A DNA stretch of 64,000 nucleotides. Origin: Eledone cirrhosa (lineage: Eukaryota). Positions 39,467-53,096 of the stretch are shown here, piece by piece. Under the pieces are notes generated by a model, which was not told the origin of the DNA, made no database searches, and saw only the letters and a list, made by a program, of their open reading frames with translations. A program made the translations under genes and the position numbers. How positions within the stretch are numbered: the stretch's first letter is position 1; each line of letters starts with the position of its first letter. The stretch spans positions 10,106,001 through 10,170,000 of the forward strand of contig OZ024751.1 of assembly GCA_964016885.1 (NCBI GenBank), written 5' to 3'.

Positions 39467-42400
39467 ATCATCATCATCATCATCATCAACGTTTAACGTC
39501 CGTGTTCCACGCTTGCATGGGTTTGGACGGGGGTAGTCCCACTTGAGGCAAGAGTGATTGTCTTGCTCGCATAGGACTGTCTGGCAGGTTTTCTACAGTT
39601 GGATGCCCTTCCTAACACCAACCACATTTACAGTGTGGGGCTGGGAGGTTTTTACCGTGTTGCCTACACGGCCACATTACAGCGTGGACTGTGTGTTTTT
39701 TTGTCGTGACACCTACACGATCTCATTTGTTTCGGCCTCGATGGCGCGGCACCAACATAACTTTACATAGAACGGGGTGGTGTGGATGGGGTGGGGGTGG
39801 TGGTGGTGGGACGGGGTGTATTTTGTTAGAGATGCCTACTGGCTGGAGTAGGTTTTACTATATATTTAGGTAAGGCGGGTCTTCTCTGTGACTGAGTACC
39901 GCCAAAGTTCTCGGTCCAGTGACATTGTCTTGGAGAGGTGTAAGTGTGTGATGTCGGAGTTTATCAGCTCGTCCCAGGTTTTTCTAGGTCTGCCTATTCC
40001 GTGACTACCGTCTATCTTTATTGCCCTGCACTTTGTTATACAGCTATCGACTTTCATGCGCATCACGTGTCCATACCAACGTAGCCTTCTCTCGAGTAAA
40101 CAACATCTGATCCCTCTTATCTCTAATTTTTTCCTTAGTTCGTTTATGCTTTGCCGTTCACGTATATTACTGTTACACATCCAGCGGAGCATGCAAGCTT
40201 CGTTCCTCTCTAGTCTGCGTATATCCTCTGCACACAATGCCCAGGTCTCACTGCCATGCAGCATTGCTGTTCGTATGCAGGCATCATACAACCTGCCTTT
40301 CATTTTTAGGGAGAACCCTTTAGCAGCTAATAGTGGTATAAGCTCTCTGAACTTTTTCCAACCAGTTCTGACTCTAGCTACAGTACTTTCAGAGCACCCT
40401 CCCCCACTGCTGATTTTATCGCCCAGGTAACGGAAGCTGTCCACTATTTCTATAGAACCCTCTGCGCAATTGAAAGAGCTAGTATTTTGTGGGCACTTGC
40501 TGCTACTTATTGCACCAGAGCACCGGCCACATGTAAAATCTATGTTCTTAGTTAGCTTACCTGTGATCCCACTACATCTTTTATGCACCCATACTTTGCA
40601 TTTAGGACATAAAATGGAGTTTCTACCTACGCCTTTCCTACACACCGAGCACGACCATTTCCCAGAAGGGACCGCCGCCTTGTTTTCTTTCCTACAAACT
40701 AGTACTTTGGTCTTAGCCAGGTTAATTTTAAGTCCTTTTGACTCTAGGCCGTGCTTCCATGTTTGGAATTTCTTCTCTAGCTCGGCCATTGATTCCGCTA
40801 TGAGTGTCAGGTCGTCTGCGTATAGGAGTTCCCATGGGCAGCCTGTCTTGAACTCCTCTGTTATAGCCTGAAGGGCAATAATAAATAGTAGTGGTCTGAG
40901 AACAGAGCCCTGATGGACGCCAACTTTTACGCTAAACTCTTCACTATATTCGTTGTTAATTCTAACCTTGCTGACTGTTTCTTTATACATGGCTTGTATA
41001 GCCCTCACAAGCCATTCGTCAATGCCTAGTTTTCTAAGAGCCCACCAGATAATGGAGCGGGGGACTCTGTCGAAGGCTTTCTCCAAGTCGACAAAAGCTA
41101 AGTAGAGGGGTTTACCTTTAGCTAGGTACTTCTCCTGTAGTTGTCGTACTATGAAAAGAGCGTCTGTGGTACTTTTGCCTGACACAAACCCGAACTGCAT
41201 TTCATCTAGATCAATTCTCTCTCTGATTAGTTGCGCTATTACTTTTTCCGTGACCTTCATGACCTGGTCGATTAATTTAATGCCTCTATAGTTACTCCTA
41301 TCTAGGGCGTCTCCTTTACCCTTATAACAGTTAACGATGATGCTGCTATGCCAGTCCTTCGGAACAACCCCATTCTGTACGACTTGGTTAACTATGCGGG
41401 TGACCATGGTGTGTCCCACCGTGCCAGATGCCTTCAGCATCTCAGCAACTATTTCCGAAGGCCCAGCCGCCTTACCCGTCTTCATATCCTTGATTGCCTT
41501 ACTTATTATACTCCCCTCGACTAACACTGCTGGTCCCTCTATTGGGTCGATATGGGGGAGACTGTCTTTCTCCCATTTATTCTCCTTATTTAGTAGCCTT
41601 TCATAGTGACACTTCCAAGCTACCTTCTTATCAGCGTCGGTGATGGCAAGTGTGCCATCGTCGTTTAGTACACACTTCTCCCCGACAATATCACGGTTTT
41701 CCTTGACGTATTGCCTAGCAATCCTGAACACCTCACGTTTTTGGTCATCGCGTTGTAGAACATGCTTGAACTTTCTTTCCTCAGCTTCCCTTCTTGCTAA
41801 GTACACTTGTCTCCTAGCTTCCCTCCTGGCCACTTGATAGTCTTCTCTACTTCCCCCATCCCGCCATACTTTCCAAGCCTGCTTTTTGGCCTTAATTGAC
41901 CCCTCCACCTTACTGTTCCACCACCATGTTACTCTCCTCCTGCCTACAGGCCTGCTCCAGCCACAGACTTCGTCTGTCGCCAACAGCAGGTTTGCTTTCA
42001 GAAATTCCCACTCTCCCTCTATATTGTCCGACTCTAAATGTTCTTCCTTACTGTCGAAAGCATCAAGTAATATGCTTTGAAATTTATTCCTGGCTGTGGG
42101 GTCCTTTAGCTTCCATATTTTTCTCCTGAGGATAGTCCTCTTCTGCTGTCGAGTACGTCTCGTCCTGACTATGAGGTCGCTAATTATCAGTCTATGTTGG
42201 GAGGTGCATTCTTCATGGGGGAGGGATTTAGTGTTTACAACAGACACTCTGTCACGTCTTCTGGTAAGGATATAATCTACCTGGCTTGTGTGTTCCCCGG
42301 ATCTATAGGTGATCAGGTGATTGTCACGTTTTTTGAAGTTAGTGTTACAGATAGTTAGGTTATTTGCATCACAGAATTCCAGGATTCTGGAGCCTTCCTC
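39467..42400 (-). mobile_element. RTE-clade LINE, young, 5'-truncated within the AP endonuclease
   Basis: Uninterrupted frame 42400-39866: [21 protein letters not shown] (APE end), RT with YADD, intact PHD finger; 3' UTR and (GAT)n tail; flanked by (TA)n. Confidence 0.97.
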
Positions 42401-42433
<33 letters not shown>

Positions 42434-42482
42434 AAAATATATATATATATAAATATATATATATATAAATATATATAAAAAT

Positions 42483-42519
<37 letters not shown>

Positions 42520-42524
42520 AAAAT

Positions 42525-42555
<31 letters not shown>

Positions 42556-42614
42556 AATATATATAAAAATATATATATATATAAATATATATATATATAA
42601 ATATATATAAAAAT

Positions 42615-42647
<33 letters not shown>

Positions 42648-42805
42648 AATATATATATATATAAATATATATAAATATATATATAAATATATAAATATAA
42701 ATATATATTATATATAAATATATAAATATAAATATATAATATATATATATAAAAATATATATATATATATATAAAAATATATATATATATATATATATAT
42801 AAATG

Positions 42806-42839
<34 letters not shown>

Positions 42840-42927
42840 AATGTATATATATATATAAATATATATATAAATATATATATAAATGTATATATATATATAA
42901 ATATATATATAAATATATATATAAATG

Positions 42928-42963
<36 letters not shown>

Positions 42964-42980
42964 AATGTATATATATAAAT

Positions 42981-43033
<53 letters not shown>

Positions 43034-43158
43034 AATATATATATAAATATATATATAAATATATATATAAATGTATATATATATATAAATATATATATAA
43101 ATATATATATAAATGTATATATATAAATATATATATATAAATATATATGTATATAAAT

Positions 43159-43193
<35 letters not shown>

Positions 43194-43215
43194 AATATAT
43201 ATGTATATAAATATA

Positions 43216-44886
43216 TAACTCTTTTACTCTTTTAACTCTTTTACCTGTTTCAGCCATCCGGCTGAGGCCATGCTGGGGCACCGCCCTTGCTGCTACACAC
43301 TTTATCTCCAGCCTGTATAGGTTGGCCACTGGTGTAGGAGGGAGTTTGTTGCTGCTGCCCTTAGGTTTCCCTCGTGTCTTGCTGTGGGCTCATCCGGGAT
43401 CCTGGATAACAAGGTGTCGAGATGTTTCTTAAAGACATCCACCTCCACGTCATGCAAGTCTCGCAGATGCCTCGGCAGCCTGTTGAAAAGTTGAGGGCCC
43501 TTGAATCCCAGGCTATTGCAATACCTGCTCCTTATTCTAGATGTGGAAGACGGGACCTTTGGCACCACACAGTGACGTCCTGTTCGACGGTTGGTCCAGC
43601 TCCCAATGCCAAAGTTTGGTGCTAGTCCCTCCAGGATTTTCCACATGTAGATCACTGCGTATCTCTCCCGTCTTCGCTCCAAGGAGTAGAGGTTCAGTTC
43701 CTTCAGCCTCTCCCAGTAGCTTGTCTCCCTCATCTTGGCAATCCTCTTGGTGTAGCTTCGCTGGATTGCCTCAAGCTCTGTGGTTAGTTTGACACTATGG
43801 GGTGACCACAGCTGGGAGCAGTAGTCCAGGCGGCTTAGGACAAAAGTCCTCCACAGTGTCAACATGGTGTCTCGATCTCTTGTAAGGAAAGTCCTCAAGA
43901 TCCAGCCAGCGAATCGTCTACATGCTGTCGCCACCCTCATGATGTGTGAAGAAAAAGATGCATCATCGCTCATGTCTATGCCCAGGTCTCGTATCGATTT
44001 TGACACGGGGATATCGGTCCCTCCTGGTCCTGTGTAGCTGTGTTCCGCTATATTTGTGTTTGTGTTTGCAGGTTTGTATTGTAGGGCTTGGAATTTGCCA
44101 GCATTAAACTGCATGTTGTTTTCTTCCGCCCATCTGTATATGGCATCCAGATCCTGCTGTAAGAGGGCAGTGTCAGCCGGGTTTTTGATTGCCTGTGCTA
44201 CCTTAGTGTCATCAGCATAGCTAGTGAGGGATGTTGTTGCATGCACCACAGAGGGCATGTCCGAGAGAGCCACCAAAAACAGTAGTGGTCCCAGGACTGT
44301 CCCCTGAGGCACCCCACTTGTTATCGGTGTTTCCCTCGAGAGAGCCCCATTTGCTGCGACTGCCTGGCTTCTGTCCCTCAGGAAGCCATGCAGCCACTCA
44401 CCCACTTTTCCAGTCACGCCGAGTCCGCGCAGCCTGTGACATATCATTCCGTGGTCGACCTTGCCAAAGGCCTTCGCAAAGTCAAGATATATCACGTCCA
44501 CACGTGAGCTGTCCAGCAGCCGTCCCAGTACCCAGTCGTAGTGATGTAGCAGCTGTGTAAGGCAGCTTCTTCCTGGGCGGAAGCCATGTTGCGTGCTAGT
44601 CAGGCGGTCATTTTCTTCGAGGAAAGTGATTAGTTTCTTTCTGACGACTCGCTCCATGACCTTACTGATATGCGACGTCAGGGAGACTGGCCTATAGTTC
44701 TTGGCCTCCGCTCTACTACCTCCTTTATGGATAGGGCATATTGTGCCTTCTTTCAGCTCCCTGGGTAGTACACCGCTAGCCAAGGAGCTTCTGAAGAGCA
44801 TCTTCAGTGGAGTTGCTAAGGCCCGCTTACATATTTTTAGGAGAACTGCTGGGAATCCATCAGGTCCAGCAGCCGAGTCTGTTCTA
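43216..44886 (-). mobile_element. CR1/L2-group LINE, 5'-truncated, uninterrupted RT
   Basis: [61 protein letters not shown]; tail (GTAAAAGA)n; embedded in (TA)n. Confidence 0.95.
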
Positions 44887-44888
44887 AT

Positions 44889-44923
<35 letters not shown>

Positions 44924-44974
44924 AATATATATATATATAAATATATATGTATATAAATATATATATATATAAAT

Positions 44975-45035
<61 letters not shown>

Positions 45036-45052
45036 AATATATATGTATATAA

Positions 45053-45083
<31 letters not shown>

Positions 45084-45134
45084 AATATATATATATATAA
45101 ATATATATGTATATAAATATATATATATATAAAT

Positions 45135-45189
<55 letters not shown>

Positions 45190-45251
45190 AATATATATGT
45201 ATATAAATATATATATATATAAATATATATATATATAAATATATATATATA

Positions 45252-45283
<32 letters not shown>

Positions 45284-45332
45284 AATATATATATAAATAT
45301 ATATATATAAATATATATATATAAATATATAA

Positions 45333-45447
<115 letters not shown>

Positions 45448-45459
45448 AATATATATATA

Positions 45460-45812
45460 CTGGCGTCACGCAGTAATACAGGGTACCCGACCTCCCATGG
45501 GTACATGCTGAAGCATATAAACAATATGCCCCCCCCCCCCCCACCGCAAGGTGGTCGTGGAGGTGCCACGGCAAAAAAGCACCCAGCCCACACTGTAAAG
45601 TGGACGTGTAGGCGCCACGAAAAAGCACCCAGCACTCACTGTAAATGAGGTTGGTGTTAGGAAGGGCATCCAGCTGTAGAAATCAAGCCAGATCAGTTCC
45701 TGTATGAGCAAGGCATGGTCAGCCGACCAGACACTGCCCACAACAGGACAACCCGTCTAACCCATGCTAGCGTGGAAGAACGGACGTAAAACGGTGATGA
45801 TGATGATGATGA
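45460..45812 (+). mobile_element. RTE-tailed element 3' fragment
   Basis: AAAAAGCACCCAGC..GGAAGGGCATCCAGC..CATGCTAGCGTGGAAG..(GAT)n. Confidence 0.8.
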
Positions 45813-45825
45813 TATAAATATATAT

Positions 45826-46062
<237 letters not shown>

Positions 46063-46079
46063 AATATATATATAAATAT

Positions 46080-46176
<97 letters not shown>

Positions 46177-46424
46177 TATATAAATATATATATATATAAA
46201 TATATATAAATATAAATATATATATATAAATATAAATATATATATAAATATATTATATATATAAATATATATATAAATATATTATATATATAAATATATA
46301 AATATATATATAAATATATAAATATATATATATATATAAATATATAAATATATATATATTTATATATATAAATATATATATATATATAAATATATATATA
46401 TTTATATATATAAATATATATATA

Positions 46425-46469
<45 letters not shown>

Positions 46470-46485
46470 TATAAATATATATATA

Positions 46486-46520
<35 letters not shown>

Positions 46521-46617
46521 AATGTAAGTAATTCCGTCGGAAAAGTCCAGGAAAAAAGAGTGCTCTATGTAGGTAACAGAGCTTAATAGTTATGTAATAA
46601 ACAACATAAGGCAATTA

Positions 46618-46678
46618 TTCCATTTACCAGTGGTTTCTTAAAAGCAAAAAATTTTTGCTTTCAATCCTCAGAATGAAA
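46618..46678 (-). ncRNA. Minimal type I hammerhead ribozyme motif in a Penelope pLTR copy
   Basis: Minus: TTTCATT-CTGAGGA-TTGAAAGCAAAA..TTTTGCTTTTAA-GAAA-CCACTG-GTA-AATGGAA; stem I 7 bp. Confidence 0.85.
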
Positions 46679-46822
46679 AAATCCTGGTCTATTTATTGAA
46701 TTTGGATTTTAAAAACAAAAATGCAATCTATATGAAGGTGAGGTTGGAGAAAGAAGAAGGAAAGGAAAAATAAAATAAAACCACACATGCAAATACACAC
46801 ACACACACACAAAAGCATACAT

Positions 46823-46853
<31 letters not shown>

Positions 46854-47026
46854 CATACACTCATACATACACACACACATATACACACGCATGTGTATAT
46901 AAATACACACATACACATACATATACACATACATACATACGCACATAAATATCAACACATCCATACATACACATACATATATACAACCACACACACATAT
47001 ATACACACATACATATATAGAAATAG

Positions 47027-47082
<56 letters not shown>

Positions 47083-47626
47083 GCATACACAAACATAGCC
47101 ATACACACATACATATACATACATACATGCATGCAATCATACCTATATACACACGTACATACATACACATACATAAATGCGTACATATACATGTACAAAA
47201 TTAGAAAAATATACACTCCTCTACATATTCACACTCGCAAATAAAAATAAGAAAAAATATATATAAAAAAAAAATAATAATAATAAAGATTATTATAGAG
47301 TTGACAGCGAAACAAACGACGGGTAGATGAACAGACACGCGTGGTAAGTAATACACACAAATGCACGTACACATACGTACGAAAGTAAATACATACACAC
47401 ACTCTCACACATAAATATACATATACAAATACATAAACACATACATACACAAACGCGCACACACACACGTATACAATTATACACACACATATACACATAC
47501 AAAAATACACACACACACACATATATGTATACATACACACACACATACATACATAGCTATACAATTATACACAAATACGTACATATCATAAACACGCACA
47601 ACTAAATACAAACACACACATACATA

Positions 47627-47673
<47 letters not shown>

Positions 47674-47774
47674 TATATATATATATGTGTGTGTGTGTAA
47701 AACTCAATCTTAGATAATTCATATGAACCCTACATATATATAGTAGTAAAGTAATAAGCAACATAAGGCAATTA

Positions 47775-47835
47775 TTCCATTCACCAGTGGTTTCTTAAAA
47801 GCAAAAAAATGTTGCCTTCAATCCTCAGAATGAAA
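47775..47835 (-). ncRNA. Second copy of the same hammerhead, cleavage triplet GTG (probably inactive)
   Basis: Direct repeat of 46602-46690; GAAACCACTGGTG instead of GTA. Confidence 0.7.
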
Positions 47836-47909
47836 AAAACCTGGTCTATCTACATATACATATACATACACACACACATATATATATATATATATACATA
47901 CATATACAT

Positions 47910-49256
47910 ATTGGTATGTGAAGGGTAAGGCAAAAAGAATATATGGGGGGGGGGGAGACATAGGAAACGGTGAAATATAAGGGGAGATAAGGGAGAAAAA
48001 AATACAAGAGTACAGAACGTAGATTCAGCAAAATAAAAAAAACGTAGCAGAAGTAAAGAGCAGAAGAGTTCAAGGCGGTTGATTTATCATAGGAGTGTCA
48101 ATCCAGTTACAGATCAGATGTGATTTCAGATGAGGACATCTGAAGATCTCTGTCTTTGAGTTAAGGCAAGCGGAAGTGGCTCTCAAGTTTAGCAAAATCC
48201 TATATTTTTCTGTGGTACGCAAAGAACAATTCTTTGTGCCCCTTTGGTACTCTCTCAAATGGTCTAAGATAGACCAATCGATAGAGTACGGGATGTTACT
48301 ATCCTTGAATTCCCACACCTTACTTGCGAGGGCCGTTACTGATACTAATGATTGTTTTGACATCAAATCCCGTAAATATCCACCTAGAATTAAAGACATG
48401 GCCAATTTCGAATTAGACCTTGTTAATCTAATTAGTGATATCAAATTTCGTAAGTACAGTAATAACTTTCAAACTAAACTATCTAACGATATTTCTAATT
48501 TTAGAAATTCTACAAACACTTTTGTTCTTTCTGATAAAACTAAAAATCTCTTTGAAGTTAATAGTACTTTGTATAACCAACTTTTAACTAATAGTATTAC
48601 CAACAAATATCAATTAACTAATAATAATACCTATAATACTATCAATAAAGAAGCTAAAGAACTAGCTAGTTCTTTAAAAATAAACAACCGGATTGAAAGC
48701 CTAGCTAAGCGTAAAGCATATATTACCCTTAAAGACCATAAATTGGACTTTACTAATCGACCTAGTTGTAGACTGATTAACCCAGCTAAATCCGAAGTTG
48801 GCCTTGCAAGTAAAAAAATCTTAAGAAAAATAATTCTCCAAATTAGAACTAACACTGACCTATCACAGTGGCTAAATACTTCCTCTGTTATTTCTTGGTT
48901 TAATAATATACAAGGTAAAAATAAGTGTAGATTTACCCAATTTGATATTGTCGATTTTTACCCCTCTATTACTGTTTCCTTATTAACTAATGCCTTAGAT
49001 TTTGCAAGACCCTTCATTAATATTTCTAAATTAGAAGAAGACATTATCTTTCATGCTAGAAAAACTTTACTCTTTACTAATGATAATATTTGGGTTAAAA
49101 AGTCAAACCCTGAAAACTCTTTTGATGTTGCAATGGGTTCATATCACAGTGCGGATGTGTGTGACTTAGTAGAATTATTCCTTCTCCACACCCTCAAAGA
49201 GAAATTTCCTTCCCATAATATCGGTTTATACCGTGATGACGGATTAGCAGTTTCTC
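47910..49256. mobile_element. Rearranged Naiad-type Penelope element: inverted GIY-YIG 3' end (minus, ~48335-47910) joined to RT N-terminal part (plus, ~48340-49256)
   Basis: Plus: SDKTKN, TLKDHK, RLINPAKSEVG, QFDIVDFYPSI, MGSY, GLYRDDGL. Minus: TALASKVWEFKD..IDWSIL..NCSLRTTEKYRIL..LNSKTEIFRCPH. Confidence 0.9.
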
Positions 49257-49328
<72 letters not shown>

Positions 49329-49531
49329 GTTTGTATTTGGTTGTGCGTGTTTATGATATGTACGTATTTAATAGTAGAAACAATTATAAAGTAGAGATTG
49401 AAAATTTTCATTATAATTTTGAAAGTTATTATAAAAAAGAAAGAAGATTTTGATTAGATCTTCAAATTAGAATTAGAAAGATATTTAGATAATGGAAAAG
49501 AATGTACTAAGATGTTTTTGAAAATGTGTGT

Positions 49532-49573
<42 letters not shown>

Positions 49574-49574
49574 T

Positions 49575-50770
49575 GTCAAGAACTCTATTGTATCAGCTCC
49601 TAAAAGGGATTAGAAGGGATTTGGCAGCTATCATGATTAATAAAGAAAAGAATGACCCCATACCAGTTTATATAAAAACAACCAGAGATATTAAAAGACA
49701 AAAACATTACGTGGTGATGGGTGGGTTAGTTAAATATTCCATCTTTAGTACTTGATAAGAACTTTACTCTATCAGCCCCTTTAAAGGATTTGAGGGAGAT
49801 TTGGCTTCTATCACGAATCACAGGAGAAAAAATGAACCCACTCCAAAAACAGAAATACTAAAAGATAAAATAATATATCATTTTTAGCAGTTGACAATAA
49901 CTTTGTTGTGTCAGCCCCTAAAAGGGTTTTGAGAGAGATTTGGCTGCTATCACAAATCACAGAGAAGGAATGAACCCACTTCAATATATATAAAACCGAC
50001 CAGAATAACTAAAAGATAAAAAATATATCATTTTTAGAGTGCTATCAACCCCTAAAAGGGATTTGACAGAAATTTGGCTGCTATCATGAATCACAGAGAA
50101 AGAATGAACTCACATCATTTTATATAAAAACAACCAGAAATACTAAAAGACAAAAATATATCACCATTACTAGTTGATATGAACTTCATTCTATCAAACC
50201 CTAAAAGGGTTTTGATGGAGATTTGGCTGCTAAAAAAAAATGAACCATTCCAGTTATTAAAACCAACCAAAAATACTAAAAGATAAGAAAAATATGTAAT
50301 GACGGGTTGGTAAGTTAAACACACAATCTTTAGAACTTGACAAGAAGTTTATTCTATCGGTCCTTAAAAAGGATTTGAGGGAGATTTAGCTGCTAACATG
50401 ATTATTAGAGACAAAAATGAACCCACTTTAATTTATATTTAAAAAAAACCATGCTAGCATGGAAAATGAACGTTAAACGAAGATGATGATGATGATGAAA
50501 AACAACCAGAAATACTAAAAGACAAAAAAAATTATGTGATGAGATGTGGGTTAGTGAAATATACCATCTTTAGTGGTTGACAAGAACTTTATTCTATAGA
50601 CCACTAAAAGGGATTTGAGGGAGATTTGGCTGCTATCATGAATGGACCCACTCCAATATATATAAAACCAGCTAGAAATACTAAAAGACAAGAAAAATTA
50701 TGTAATGAGGGGTTGGTTAATTAAACATACCATCTTTAGTAGTTGGCAAGAACTTTGTATCAGCCCTTGA
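49575..50770. repeat. Diverged tandem repeat, units about 125-175 bp, 7-8 copies
   Basis: Recurring AAAGGGATTTGAGGGAGATTTGGCTGCTATCATGAAT..AATGAACCCAC..CCAGAAATACTAAAAGA; an RTE tail is inserted at 50449-50497. Confidence 0.85.
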
Positions 50771-51028
50771 AAGATGAAAGACGAATTCAACCTCACTGGG
50801 AATTGAACACAAGTGTGTATTAAGCCATAACTAAATCCCACAAGAGAATTTGTCCAACAACAACAACAGTAACAAACTGCTCTCAGTGCTACCAAAACGA
50901 TAAATAAATGTCTTGGAAGCATTGTTTATCAAACTAAATTTATCTTAAATGTTTTGTCTTTTGAGAATACGCCAATGTTTCTAGAGCTCAGCAAAGCAAA
51001 GCCAGTTTTCAGACTGATTATTGTCAAT

Positions 51029-51060
<32 letters not shown>

Positions 51061-51968
51061 CATCATCATCATCATCACTACTGTCATTGTCATTATCATC
51101 ATCAGCATCACTATCATCATCATTACTGCCATAATCATCATCAGCATCATCATCACCACCATCACCATTATCATCATCATCATCGTCATCATCATCATCA
51201 CCAGCCTCATTATCACAGCAGCAGTAACAGTAGTAGCAGAAAAATCATCATCATCTTCGTCATCATCATCATCAAAATCATCATCATCATCATCATCAAA
51301 ATCATCATCATCATCATCAATATCATCATCAACAGTAACAGCAGAAAAATTATCATTGTCGTCATCATCATCAAAATCATGATCATCAACATCATCACCA
51401 ATAACCAGTATCATCATCATCATCATATTGTAGTACTGTATTTGTTTTCTATTTCAAAGCACACTGGTAGAGTGCTTTTGGCAATAGTCATATTTTTTCA
51501 ATGTGAATTTTTTGCCAACATGATTCTCTGTAAATTGTTCAGGCACGGCTTACCTCCTCTTTGATGTGACATCACAGGTCATTAAAGGTTTCACTGCTAC
51601 AATTACTTGCCACTAGCAACTGAGCATGGTGGCCATTTTTCTCTTTCCATTACAGTGAGGTGAACTCCTGATGATGAACTGGCCCCCCCCTCGCATAATT
51701 ACATAATGTACACTATCATTACCTAATATTCTGCACATGGCAGTGCACTGAACCTCTCAGTGCACTGCCAGCAGTTTGGGACCACAGAAACTGTTGCAGC
51801 AGTCCGAGTAACTCAACATCTTACGCTCATGAAGTTGTCCTCCTCACTCATTAACAATAGTGTGCACTCTGGCCAGCTGGGTTCGAATTTTAATAATACG
51901 AACCTAATTGATCATTGTGTGAGTGAGGAAATGACCAAAGCTATGTTTTCTATCTCTTAATTATATAT

Positions 51969-52030
51969 ACCCAAGGGCGATGCCCCAGCATGTCCTCAGC
52001 CGGATGGCTGGAACAAGTAAAAGAGTAAGT
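51969..52030 (+). mobile_element. Extreme 3' end of the CR1/L2-group LINE
   Basis: CAAGGGCGATGCCCCAGCATGTCCTCAGCCGGATGGCTGGAACAAGTAAAAGAG matches the reverse complement of 43225-43290. Confidence 0.75.
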
Positions 52031-52609
52031 ACTAGCAGAAAAACCACCCTTCAAGTGGGTATCTGCTAACATGTGTAGTGTGTATATTGATATTATATGC
52101 AAATATATATGCATGTAGATATGGTACGTCAAATAAAATCGTAATTGAGAATATGCACAGAAATTGAAGAGAGCCTATGTTATACTCTCTTCTGTAATCA
52201 GTAAATTAATCCATGATACATTTGAAAAAAGACGATATTATATATAAACTGCATTACGACAAAATGTTATGAAAACAAAAAAGGAGAAAATTAGTGACGG
52301 ACATATAAACGTTATATAACAATACTAATATAAGAACGTTTCTTTATGCGATGTGATATAGCATACAGCTAAGTGTTAAGATATAACAGACACTAACAGG
52401 AAGTATTGACATTTGAAAATGTTTAAAGAAGTGAATCTTAAAATAAGCAATCATTATATATAAGAATATTTATGTTTAATCAACAGCTACAAAATTTAGT
52501 AGATAAATTACATAATATTCATTCATGATTTATTTAAAGTAATCTAACTTATTTTAATAACGTCTTCAAATAAAATATCTCTGGCACAGCCCTGCAGTCC
52601 TCCAATCAT

Positions 52610-52654
<45 letters not shown>

Positions 52655-52691
52655 AGGAAGTTGTAGTTTACTTGAAGCATTGTGTAATGAG

Positions 52692-53096
52692 ATATAAACG
52701 TTTGGAGTTGGAAGGCCAAGACAATGCAGGTATGGATATAGAATATAAATGCAAATGCAAAAGATATTGTTGACAATTAGCCTTTTACCTTAAATTTATT
52801 TAAATATCCTTAATTTTCGAGATAATATCTCTTCTTCAGAGGGAAGTAAAGGGGTTAATCCAGTGTTCTAATTAGCTTGCCAAGTCATGCTGACAGGAAA
52901 TGGTGACTTTGCAAGCTAATTAGAACACTGGATTAACCCCTTTACTTCCCTCCGAAGAAGAGATATTATCTCGAAAATTAAGGATATTTAAATAAATTTA
53001 AGGTAAAAGACTAATTGTCAACAATATCTTTTGCATTTGCATTTATATTCTATATCCATACCTGCATTGTTTTGGCCTTCCAACTCCAAACGTTTA
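52692..53096. mobile_element. Fold-back element P3 (arms 52692-52887 and 52904-53096)
   Basis: About 195-bp near-perfect inverted arms, 16-nt loop; hammerhead-like core in each arm. Confidence 0.9.
52808..52843 (-). ncRNA. Ultra-minimal hammerhead-like motif
   Basis: Minus: CCT-CTGAAGA-A-GAGAT ATT ATCTC-GAAA-A-TTA-AGG; stem III reduced to palindromic AATT; plus-arm copy has CCGAAGA. Confidence 0.6.

Noticed and set aside
51660-51700. CTGATGA as a hammerhead core
   Set aside because: No stem II or GAAA in register
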